64,000 nt of DNA from contig OZ287088.1 of assembly GCA_965645245.1 (NCBI GenBank), positions 434,001-498,000 on the forward strand, written 5' to 3'. Each line of letters begins with the position of its first letter. Position 1 is the stretch's first letter. Both the position numbers and the translations under genes were made by a program. The notes beneath the pieces are model-generated. The model was not told the DNA's origin and searched no databases. It was given only the letters and a program-made list of their open reading frames with translations. Source of the stretch: Massalongia carnosa (taxonomy: Eukaryota). Shown piece after piece: positions 50,001-61,250 of the stretch.

Positions 50001-53000
50001 GTCAAATCTTCAGATTCCATAGCCATTCGGAGTTTGTGAAACGCTTGTCGGATGTCGATTTTCGAAAAGATCTTGGCCTCTTTTAGCTGTGCCAACGTTT
50101 CTTCTATCAGAGGGATCGGATAGCGGTCTCTCTTTGACAACTGGTTCAACCGTCGATAATCGACACAAAAGCGAAGTCCTCCATTAGGTTTCCTCGCTAG
50201 AAGAATCGGGGACGAGCAAGCAGCGTGACTGGCCTCGATAAACCCCTTTCGAAGGTTGTCCTCGAGGTATTTCTTGACGAATTCGAGCTCTCTTTGCGAC
50301 ATACTCCTAAGTGGGCTATGCCCGTGATCTTTTAATCCTTCCAGAATAATTCGGTGGTCATATGGTCGAAGAGGTGCCAGCGTGTCCGATACAGCCTTGG
50401 AAAAGACGTCCAGAAACTCGTGATATTCCGGGGGAACTACCGTCTTCGGGTCAATCGGTGGGCGGTCTTCTTTGTTGAGCTGATACTCGATGTCTTTCAA
50501 AGAGATGGAGAAAAATTCGACGTCCTTTCGTCTGGAAAGCAGTCGGTAAGCAGCAGCCCCTATCATGGCCATCTCTATCGGCTTATCTTCGGTTGAATGT
50601 CCATCCACGGTTTCCGTAGATGGTAAGTGTGTTAGTCTTTCTGATTGTCTAACATCAGCCTTGTCAGCTACCACATTCGACTGCATGGACGGTTCTGGTT
50701 TGATCTTTTTGGGTTCTTTATGTTCAGTCTTTTCTTCTTAGGTCCGTGTCAATATCATGACCTTTCTGGGTTCTGTAGTCTTCGGGGTCTTCGTCATTTC
50801 TGACTTCTGAAGTGGTTTGGGTGCGCCTGGATGGGAACAGTGGCCGGGCCTGAAGATTATCTTGTCCAGGGCCATGTCGATAACTACTCCATGTTTCCTC
50901 ATCCATGGTTTGCCCAGGATCATCTTATGTTGGCCTAGAGTGGTGATCAGAAGAGGCGCCACCGTCTCTTTGTGGTCTTGTACGGTGAGGGTGGGGTAGA
51001 TGGCATGAGTGATGTCTTTACCCCGTCTAACATCAAAGCCTATCACCGATTTCGGTCGTGTCAGTTTCTGAGGGGAAATTTGAAGCTTTTCACAAACTTC
51101 ACGCGCTGTTGCTTCATCAATAAAAGCATGTCCTGTAGCACCAGTGTCCAACAGTCCCATTACTTTCATTTCTTCGCTGTTACCTAGCCTACACTGTATG
51201 ACTAGAGGTTCCTCCGTAAATAAATCGCCTGGTAAACAGCTAGATGAAATCAACAAAGGTTCACCTCCATCCGCGCCTTTGGTGAAGGTCATTCTTTTCC
51301 CGAGTCAGCAACCTCAGCGATTTCTTGTACTTTCGCTGGCCGATTCTTCTTTTCGCAGTTCCTCGATATATGTCCAGTTTCTTTGCAAAAGAAACAACGA
51401 CCTTCTCTAGTCAGTCGTTCCTTCTCCTTCTCCGTCATGTAAGAGGTGGTTCTAGTGGTCGGAGTGCTGGTGATGGGTCGAGGTGGTACGTAGGTCTTGG
51501 TGGAAGTCGTCGTTTTCGTGGCCGTGGCGCTGGGGGTCGGAGCCGTGCTAGAACGTCTTTCAGCATAACGTTCCATACTAGCCTTACTCCGGTCTGAGTC
51601 CTTGAGGTCCTGGTATAAGCGTTGGTACTTTTGCGCAAACGCATAGAGGTCGGTTGGTGCCTGGTCGCCGGTGGCTAATTGTCGTGATATTTCCCAGGAA
51701 AGCTTGTACTTCAACTCGCTGATTAGCGTGGCCCCGTTATACTCTAACTCAGCTGCTAGGCGCTGGAACTCAGCCCAAAAGGTGTTAAAGTCCTTGTTTC
51801 CTTGCTTGAGGGCTCGGAAGCTGTTCATTGCATTTTGTTTTCGGTTGGGTCGCCGTAGGTGCGTTCCAATTGGTCAAACATTTCTTCGGCCGTCACAAAG
51901 GGGCGAATTGCACCTTTTCGGAGTCGAGGTTCCAGGTGCCCCATGGCTTCTCCTCCGACTCGGTTCTCCACGTACGCCTTCTTAAGCACTTCTGTTGGCA
52001 TGTGGTCCTCGTTGGCCGCTAATTTGCTTCGCATCTTTGTCAGCCAATGGTCAATGGAAATCTCCTTTCCATCAGTAAAAATGGGAGGGTCAAGAAGTTT
52101 CATGGACTTCTTCTTGTCGATAGTGCCCTCGGTCCGTTGGGTGCTTGGTGTCCGAGAAGGAGAGCGAGGGCGCGACCGTTCCCGAGTCTTGTTGGTTAGT
52201 GTTGCGGAGGCCTGGCGACGTGCTTCCCTCGGTTCTTCCTTTTGGTATTCGACAATTCCTTCTAGCTGGTTCATTCTTTTCTGGAAGCTTTCGGCCATGT
52301 CAGTGGCGAGATTGCTTCTGTCGATGGAGTCGTTATAGGCTTTCTTCAGTTCCTGAAGCATGTCAGACAAAGCCTGGCCGTCGTGCTTCATCCATGCCTT
52401 CAGTTGTCGAAAGTTCTCAATCATCATGCGACGAAGCGAGATAGTGAATAGATTTCTACCATTGCGCCACCTGTCCTTCCCGACCAAAAGGCACAATACT
52501 TAGTCCGCAGACCAAGCTCTATTCTACTATAACTGGGACTCCTGCTATGTTCGCTGTAGGTCCTGCCGTCCGCACCACGCTTGGTCGAACCGTTACACAT
52601 CAGAGGTTCCGTTACATCCAATTCGTCATCTGTCTCTTGGGTTGTCGGAATCATCGATTCTCGTCGGGTTGGGAGTTCAATCCCGGTTCCTGTGGATCAT
52701 GCCATCGCTATAGGGGAGGCCTCCTTCGGTGTCTATGTCTAGTTCTGGTTCGGTTCTGGTTCAGTCCTGGTACGGATTCTGGTTCGGGTTCGGATTCTGG
52801 TGCCAACACTGTGGCGATCTTCGGTTTCTTTCGGTTCTTCGTGTTTCGTTCAATTCGTCGTTTGGGTTCTGGGTTCTTCTGATTTCGTTCTTCGGGTGAG
52901 TTCTTTTATATCCCTCACGTAGGATAGCAGGGTAAGTATGATCTTTATTGTAATGTTATGATCTACCTAGAGACAAGTCATAGGGACACTAGAAACGAAT

Positions 53001-53231
53001 ACAATAAAGATAAAGAAGAAAAAGAAAAAGACAATCGACAACCCGAACCTGTCCCTATATATCCTCTACTGCGCTAGTATCCATGTGGTATAGTCGCGGT
53101 AGAATCTTCTCGTGACTGCAGGAACAAAATCGAAGATGCGGGAACGAATCGAAAGTTCCTACGCGTTTCCATCTACGGTTTGGTGCCGAATTTATCCGAG
53201 TGCCGAGGTCGTACCGAGTAGAATCGTGACA
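47079..53231 (-). mobile_element. Full-length inactivated chromovirus-type Ty3/gypsy (Gypsy-C); LTRs 52954..53231 and 47079..47359
   Basis: Paired LTRs, TSD ATTTC / ATTTA (4 of 5). gag CFFCKETGHISRNC, LLDTGA, YLDD, integrase and chromodomain (WELDDILDARR...VKWKG). Confidence 0.95.
52427..52597 (-). mobile_element. Solo LTR, family S1, inserted in Gypsy-C gag
   Basis: 171 bp, TSD CATCA (52422-52426 / 52598-52602). Confidence 0.92.
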
Positions 53232-53732
53232 ATTTATTCTTGAATAGAATCTCGAAACAAAAATTTTAACATCGAACAATTCTATAATTCGAGATTTCGA
53301 CGAACGAGAGATTAGAATCTTTTGTCATATTTTGACAGACGCCTATATTATCTTCAGTTTTTACTAGCTTCGCTGAAATAATCGACTGCTTTTTTATCCT
53401 TTCGCCCGCAAAAAAAATCTAATATCAAATAAACTTCGTTATTAGAGTTCTATTATTGGTTCTCGACGATGTACTCTTGTCTTATGTAAAGATTAATCAA
53501 TTCATGAATTAAAGAAAAGATTTCCTCGGCAAATGTTGAGATAAGTAAAATTCATATATATATCAAGATTTTTTATGTTAAACTTGTTAGACATATCTTA
53601 CTCGCAGCTTTTCTGTTCTTGATAGATTTCACGCAAGAACACGATGCTTTTTTAACATTTACTGCGTTCACGATTAGATTATCGATTTTCATTTGAAAGA
53701 GTTGTAGAAGAGTCGTATCGAAGACCTATAGT

Positions 53733-53884
53733 TACGCCGCGCAACGGGTTGGGTTTTCGCCACAAAATTGCTTTTTTGCCACCGGGTTTTTCTTTCAAAA
53801 CTCAACCCGGACACCAAAAATCATAGGGTTCGCCACAAACGGGTTGGGTTTTCAGTAGAGAAACCCGACCCGTTGCGCGGCGTA
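53733..53884 (+). mobile_element. 152-bp MITE, hAT-type
   Basis: TIR TACGCCGCGCAACGGGT...ACCCGTTGCGCGGCGTA. 8-bp TSD CCTATAGT / CCTACAGT with one transition. Confidence 0.88.
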
Positions 53885-53969
53885 CCTACAGTAGGTAAGT
53901 TTCGATAATCGCTAAGTAGAATATCGAAGAAAATTCTGATCTCAAATTACTCTTTGTGCTTATATTATG

Positions 53970-55205
53970 ATTATGATGATGTATTCATACTCCGATATGT
54001 CACCGGCCGTAGGCCGGCCCATGCGGGTAAAGCTATCTAAGTTATGTTATATGGAAACCCTTTTTCAGGTGTAAAAACCATATCCCTTGAGACCTATCCG
54101 ATGTGACACCGGGTCGACGTCGGACAGGAGACGCAGAGCGAAAATTATGTGAGAACTGTGACGTCTTGTGAGATAAGGAAAAGAGAAAGTGAAACTACTG
54201 TTAATTGTACAATAGTATAGATGCCAGTGAGAATTGGGTCAGTAGACCTGTTTTCATTAGCCAAGTAGTTAATATCTTTAGAGTTTTTGATGTTTTGGTC
54301 AGCTGTTGATAGTTGTTCGTGCCGGCGGCGCGAAACATCTGTTCTCTATTGTCAATAAGTCTACATAACATACTTACGTGTTCTGGAGTTTGTCTGTGCC
54401 AGCCACATGGGCAGGCCGGTGAGGTGACGGCGGGGACCCGTCGCTGGTAGAGGAAGTCAGCTAGACCGATCTTACCGGTGCGGATCTGTGTTGTCAGGGC
54501 GCTTTCTGCCTTTTTTAGCAGCGTGTGTATTTTCAGTCGTTTTTTGCTCAGTGGGACTGATTGCGCTATGGAGGGTTCGGTGACGCGATTTTGATATGCG
54601 CTTCACGAGTCGTTCCAGACTTTCAGCTGTCGTGCTTTAATTTTCTGCATTTGTTTTTGACGAGCCAACGGTGCTACGGAGACTTCGCGGAGATGCGCTG
54701 GGGAGGGGTCGGACCATGGTGGGTGTGCTTTGGGTGGTTGAACGATTTTTGCGTCGATCAGTAGGTTTTTGGCCCAGATGTGCTTCAGCTCTCCCGGAGT
54801 GGGTTTTTCAAGGCGTTTGCGACCTGCCTTGCCTTGAAGTTTGTTAAATATTTTGTTTGCTGCATGCGGAAGAAATGACCTTCGATTGACCTCCAGCTCG
54901 GAGTCGATGTCTGGCCTGCGCCTGTAGCGTGTCGAGGTGTACATCTATGGGTACTATGTATGTCTCTGCTTCAAGAACTGGAATGGGAGTGGCTTTAAAG
55001 GTACCTGCTATGGTGCGAAGGCAGTTGTTTTGCATAACGGAGAGCTTGCTCGTCGACGTTTTTGACTTTTTGACTTCTTTGGGCATGTGCCGTACGGTTG
55101 ACCCGTATGTCATGACCGGACGCACTACGGCGCTGTAAACTTGCCTTGCTTTGGTGAAGGTGGCACCCCAAGTCGATGTGGAGATTTTTGTCAATGCCAT
55201 GGACT
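53970..55205 (-). mobile_element. LINE 3' fragment (LINE-2 family, no RNase H) with 3' UTR and CAT/AAT tail
   Basis: ALTKISTSTWGATF...QIRTGKIGL...CPCGWHRQTPEHV; homologous to 44540-44770. Confidence 0.88.
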
Positions 55206-56026
55206 AAGAATGATAAAATAGAGTTGACATCTCCTTCGTGAAGTCTCCATCCCAGTTTTCGTTCACCTCACTAGTGCGTTTTACGGCCCAAGACTATTGA
55301 TGAATTCTACGATTGGGGTGAACGACGTCCTTTTCGCCCAGGTCAAACCCAGTTTACTCCTTAAGCATATATCAAGGGCGAGTCTAGCCGTAGCCCATGC
55401 GCCAGCGAACAGACGGGGTCTCGTTACGAGCGAGATAGACATTCCCTGCTCTATATACACCAACATGCGCATACTGTCCTCTCGGGCTATGCAGACGGTC
55501 TCCGTACGGTGGCCGCCATTGCATACCACGCCTCACGGGTTTTTTACGCCCACTTCGCGTTATTCATAAAGGTCTCCCGTTTATGAACCGACCATGTCTC
55601 GCAGGGATTTCGACCACTATGCTCCTGACCAGGCAGTATAGTATCGATTTTCCGTCCCTACTAACCAAAACGAGTCGAGGACAACTCGGAGGGGTGCTCG
55701 TTTGAAATTCGTCTATTAGCTCAGGGCCTAGACTGTTAGCAATTAACGGGTTCCTCGTATATTGCCCTCTTCTTGCCCCAAGGGTGTCCTATTTGATGAC
55801 TAGGTTGCCTCCACCATCCCCGGTACGACTCCGGTTCGGGCCGTGTTGCTCACGGTAGCCATCAATCGGATGGTTTTCATAACCCAAATCCCTTGTATCG
55901 TGTAGGGTGTGACCCTACACTATGTGTCTATATGTTTTATTTCTTTCAGCCGGAGGGCTCCGTGTTGTAGACGAAGGAGACCCGTGTGATAGACATAGCT
56001 GACCCGTGTCGTACGTCTTTAGCTCT

Positions 56027-56757
56027 CAGCCGATGACTGCATGAAAGGACTTGAACCTTTAAGAGTATGACCGAACGTTGTTAACGAGGTCTATGAAAAT
56101 CTTATTAACGAGGTCTTCGAGAATAATATAAACGAAGTTCCGCTGAACTCTTTTCATTCGTTTTGTGATCCATCGAGGTCTACCCGTGTCAAATCCACAC
56201 CATGCCCGTGTCAAAATACATTATTTTCAGCTGATGACTGCTAGAAAGGACTTGAACCTCTAAAAATATGTACTCCGATATTAACGGGGTGCAGGTCTGT
56301 CTTAACGAGCCCCCGCAGAACCCCCTTCACAGGGACGTGTTATTGATTTGTGACTTTGTTTTTTGTGACTGTGTGTTTTGTGACTGTGGGTTTTGTGACT
56401 GTGTTTTGTGACTGTATGTTTGGGACTGTGTGCTTTGTGACTGTGTGCTTTGTACAATGTGTGATTGATGACTATGTGTTTTGTGACTCTATGTTTTCCT
56501 CGATTTTATTTAACAGGCCGGGCCTATTAAATGGGATATTGTTATTCTGCTCCGAGATGGAGTTTTCTTGAGGTGACACCATTCGCCCCGGTGCCTTTAC
56601 GCGTTCTGTTGATCCCAGCTGATGACTGCATGGGGAGACTTGAACTCTCAGGAGCTAGAACGCGTGTCGACTTTGCCCGGGTGGGGGATGATGCGGCTCC
56701 TTTGGTCCACATCTTCTTCCAGCTGATGACTGCATGAAGGGACTTGAACCCTTAGAA
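56027..56757. repeat. Four copies of a ~35-nt structured motif (cores start at 56027, 56228, 56616, 56720)
   Basis: Consensus CAGCTGATGACTGCATG-N5-ACTTGAA-N5'-A with complementary, covarying arms. Confidence 0.85.
56348..56495. repeat. Degenerate TTTGTGACTGTGTG-type minisatellite (~10 units)
   Basis: Directly visible tandem repetition. Confidence 0.85.
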
Positions 56758-56937
56758 GCATGGTGCAGGGACGCGCACATTCTACCCCCGGGCGGTTGGC
56801 CTTCGTATCCTCTTCCGTACGTACGTCTGCGACGCGTGTGAACGCGTTAAATTAGCATTGTTTTGATGCGAATAGATAGGAGCAAATCTATATGTTTGAC
56901 GGTCGCCCCACGGTGAGGCCTTTGGCGTCTCCGTGGT

Positions 56938-57361
56938 GAGGACCGATAGTGTAGAAGGAGGAGGACCGATAGTGTAGAAGGAGGAGGACCGATGGTGTAG
57001 AAGGAGGAGGACCGATGGTGTAGAAGGAGGAGGACCGATGGTGTAGAAGGAGGAGGACCGATGGTGTAGAAGGAGGAGGACCGATGGTGTAGAAGGAGGA
57101 GGACCGATGGTGTAGAAGGAGGAGGACCGATGGTGTAGAAGGAGGAGGACCGATGGTGTAGAAGGAGGAGGACCGATGGTGTAGAAGGAGGAGGACCGAT
57201 GGTGTAGAAGGAGGAGGACCGATGGTGTAGAAGGAGGAGGACCGATGGTGTAGAAGGAGGAGGACCGATGGTGTAGAAGGAGGAGGACCGATGGTGTAGA
57301 AGGAGGAGGACCGATGGTGTAGAAGGAGGAGGACCGATGGTGTAAAAGGAGGAGGACCGAT
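56938..57361. repeat. Tandem array, 18.4 x 23 bp (GAGGACCGATGGTGTAGAAGGAG)
   Basis: 424 bp of near-perfect head-to-tail units without spacers. Confidence 0.97.
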
Positions 57362-57451
57362 CTGTGCTTATATTATGTTTATCATGTTATTATTAAAAAA
57401 TTGATGAGGAAAGACGCAATTGAATCTTTAATATTCTTTTTATTTAAGTTA

Positions 57452-58787
57452 CAGTACTAGGCCAAAAGTCTGCGGCCCCGCACCCCACCAACATTTCAAT
57501 CATTCTATTCAATCGACAATCAACCACGTCACGATTGCTGAAATGTCTTGAAACTTCACATAATGATTACCTACATACTAAACAAGAATTCCCCCAAAAA
57601 TTGGTTTTTGATATTTAGTATACCATCCTTCCGACGCTATACACGCTTTTATCCTTCTATTCATGCTCTCTATTAACCTCCTCATCATTTTCACATCTAT
57701 CAACGTCCAGGCTTCTTCTAACGCTTTCCAAAGTACCTCACGAACAGTTTCATCACTGCCGATCACCAAATCTATGTTCGGGTTGACTTGATAGACGAGC
57801 TTTTTGAGCACATACCAAATATGCTCGATGGGATTTAAATCAGGTGAATAGGGGGGCCAATCGATGACCTCTATGCCGTTCTCATTGAACCATTCCATTA
57901 CCTTTTTAGCCTTATATATAGGTGCGTTATCCTGCATGAAAATGAGGCCCGGTTGCCAAATTCCAAGCAGATTATCGTTCAATAATTCCATATATGAGTT
58001 CGCCGAGTACCCCATCCTCTTCGCAGCAAAATCACGAGCCAATTTGTAAAGATCTGACCTGTCATCTCCCCAAAAGCTGCCCAGACCATGACACTGAATC
58101 CTTTGCCTTTGGGGACAGGTTGTATCATCTCTTTATTCCATTTTTCTTTCGGCAATCTGAACACCCACTGACGCTGTTTTCCTGACCCCTTTTCCACCGA
58201 GCACTCATCTGACCATATAACTCTTGACCACTGCTCAAAAGTCCACTCACGCCGCAGCAAGCACCAATCCAATCGTTTCTTGGCCACCTCAGGCGTCAAT
58301 AAAGGTCGTTTTTTAGCCACCCAGTTGGTTAAACCATACAGTTTGAGTGCCCGATAAATAGTCGTACGACTGCAGCCGAGCCCCACTTCTAGTTTGATTT
58401 GTGCATAAGTGATTCGTGGATTGATTCGTGCATGCTTGATGATATAACGTCGATCGCGTTCTGACAGCACTTCAGGCCGTCCAGAACGTGATTTAGACAC
58501 GCCGTCGTTGCGAATTGAGTGCTTCTGAATGGTGCTCTGCACGGTCGATTTAGTGAAATTAAGAGTCTTCCCAATCTCGGTCGGTGTGTGCCCCAACGCC
58601 TGGGCCCCAACAATCATACCACGTTGATATGGCGTCAATTCAGTGTTACGAGGCCGATTACCACTTATGGGGGTCAAAGAAGCACGAAGCATGGTGAAAT
58701 GATGAGGTGGAAGATGGGGGTTGATGAGTTGAAAACGCGAAATCACGAAAATTACGGGTTGGGCCGCAGACTTTTGGCACGAGACTG
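57452..58787 (-). mobile_element. Tc1-like transposon (1336 bp); transposase ~58692..57578 with one frameshift
   Basis: TA|CAGT...ACTG|TA with ~27-bp TIRs. WSDE, QDNA and SPDLNPIE motifs. One T missing at ~58073. Confidence 0.93.
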
Positions 58788-61250
58788 TAGGACTTAAAAT
58801 GCTCAACATGCAATAAAAATAATATGGCAAACGATTGTCTTAAGCTGTCATTTAGAAGCGTTATGATAAATTTCTACAAAGTTTCATGTCGAGTACTTGA
58901 TCAAGGCGCCGTTCAACGTAAGATTCTTGTTCTTGAAATATCATGCACAGGAAGAAACAGTACTCGATCGTTTTTGATTAAGCAGTTCTTGCTAAGAGAT
59001 AAGTCACTTGATACTTTTTCTCTCGTGTCGTCTTCGCGTATCAGTAATCTCACGCTTGACATTTTAACGTTATCTGAGAATGAGCGATATAGCGGTAAAT
59101 CGAAAGAATCGAGACTTTCTACATTTAGTGATAGCAGAAACTCCACGAAAGCTGTCAGTCAAGCACAGTCGAGCTCATCAATTATTGTGACAATTAGCAG
59201 CTTTTTCTTGAATATCCATGTCATAATTAAAATGATTCAAGTCAGGGTTGAAGAAGCTGTCGCTTTTGAGTATTTCAAAATCGAGTGATTGAAATGATCG
59301 GAAATCAGATTTCGGAAATCAGTGAGGTAAAGATTAAAGTGTTTTGAAGTTAAGATTTTGGCACAAAGACTGACAAGAGCTCTTCATTGCTGTAATGCCG
59401 GCGTATAATTGTCTGATGTTTCGCAAAGAAGACAAAGCTCTCAAAGCATTTGAGCAGAGTCCATATTGTCATACACCGTCGAAAGAGAAGCACATAAGCC
59501 CACACATGCAAGGCCTTCTTCAGTTTCCGCAAGGTAGGTAACGATGTGCTTTATTCCAAAGCCAACCCAAATAACATTGCCATACGAGCCATTTTCTTAA
59601 GCTTTTGAATAGCCTCCGTGAGACGCATTAGAGCTGCCTGGTCAAGCGCGAAATTGGAGCATATCAGACGGCCCATCCCGATGGTAAAGGCATCGATGTG
59701 TTGTGCAAAGCTTGCGCTTGCGGGAACGACTGATGAAGAAGCCATTGTTTGTTATGAGTGTTTCTTGGCTGGTTATGTTTAATAGAAGAAAAGCTCTAGG
59801 ATTTGAATAGGACTTAAAGCCTCGTGTTTAGCTAGAGGATTAGATAATCCATCATCGGCAAATGACAGCATAGACAGCATTCTTAAGGCGAACCTTTATA
59901 GACGGGAGCGGTGTAAAGATTATCGTGCACAACCTCAATCGTCGATATTTTCTCGTTAAGATCTGCATCTGTAAAAGTATTGGAGTGGTCGCCGACGACG
60001 AGAACGCTACAGCGATGACGATCTTTGCTGACTAGAAGTCGACTTGGTCAGAGAAAAGTACAGTAGTAAGAAGCCTCGCCTGTCATGACAGATTTGGTCT
60101 TATCTTAGCTTTCGAGAATAAACTCCAGGAAGCAAACCCGTTCTTTTCCCATGAGCGGTATTCCTTCGAATCAATGGTCTGTCTAAAGTAGGATCTCGAG
60201 CGAGTAACGTGGCACTCGCGAGTTTCCTCTCATCTTTATTGATTTGATCGAAGTAAGTTTCATCGCGTCTACGACAATGCAAGCTTCAGGAAAGTTATCA
60301 CTATAACTCTATATAGTATCTCATATTCATCATTTCCTTTCGCTTCTTCACTGCCGCAATGTTTAGCTCGACAATCTGTTGCTTTAGAATCTTGATCTCG
60401 AGATCCGCCTTCAATCGCTGTAACTTGCTTTTTCTAAGTTGATTATACTCTCGGGAATATACGAGAAAAGTAGCTGAAACACATGTTACGAGTTTGCCTG
60501 AATGCAAGAAATGTGAATGAGAAGCAAAAGTGAGTTCAGTCGAGAGTGAGAGCTTGACAAGTAGATCAGATGATAAAGATAGAGAGATGTTAACTTCTAT
60601 TTTACTCTCTTACAAGAAGACATTAAATATTAACTTTGTCACTCGTCAACGTCACGGAACGAAAGAATCAAATAAAAAATGTATCACAAGACTCGCGTGA
60701 CGTTCACTGATAAGATACATATACTCGAATGCAATTCGCAAGCGAGCTCTCGAGAGTTCCATTTCCGTAAAAGCGCTTTTGTCCTCTATGCTCTTCTTGG
60801 AAGTCACTCCAGAAAAACAAAAAAGCCTTGCCGGTCAAGATAGCTGAATCATCGCGGTTTTTGTCAGTCCACCACGATGGATAAAACACACCGAACTCAA
60901 TCGCCAGAAAATCAAGGTATATATAGCATTTGCGGTAGAGGCATTGAAGACGCTATAAACAGATGAAAAAATCTTGTAAAAATCCAAAGTCGACTGGGAT
61001 GCAGCGAGGAATGCGACTGACAAGTCAGTCCAGTCTCACGAGATCGGCGATCCCTCGCTCCGTGTTGCATGTCACCAAACTCGTCTTGCACCAATACTTG
61101 TGATAAATCCGAGTGTCTTTTCTCAAGAGTCCATCAGCTACAGATGGTAGTCAGTAGTGTTTCCTATTAGCGAGATCGTTCCAGTGCACGTGAATTAGTC
61201 TCTGGATAACATTAGATAAACTACATATTATAACGCCCAATTCCGATTTT

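Noticed and set aside
55900..55935. Helitron 3' hairpin
   Set aside because: No CTRR terminus at the expected distance and no Rep/helicase remnant.
56027..56757. Canonical hammerhead ribozyme (CTGATGA) or tRNA genes
   Set aside because: GAAA is not conserved (GAAG, GGGG in two copies) and stem I pairing does not fit the hammerhead. There is no D-arm or anticodon arm for a tRNA.
56938..57361. CRISPR array or telomeric repeat
   Set aside because: No spacers or cas genes; the array is internal and the unit is not TTAGGG-like.
59350..59745. Two same-frame minus-strand ORFs separated by one stop (possible pseudogene)
   Set aside because: No recognisable motif; insufficient support.
60050..61100. 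Short minus-strand ORFs downstream of the MFS gene
   Set aside because: Fragmentary, with no coherent gene model.
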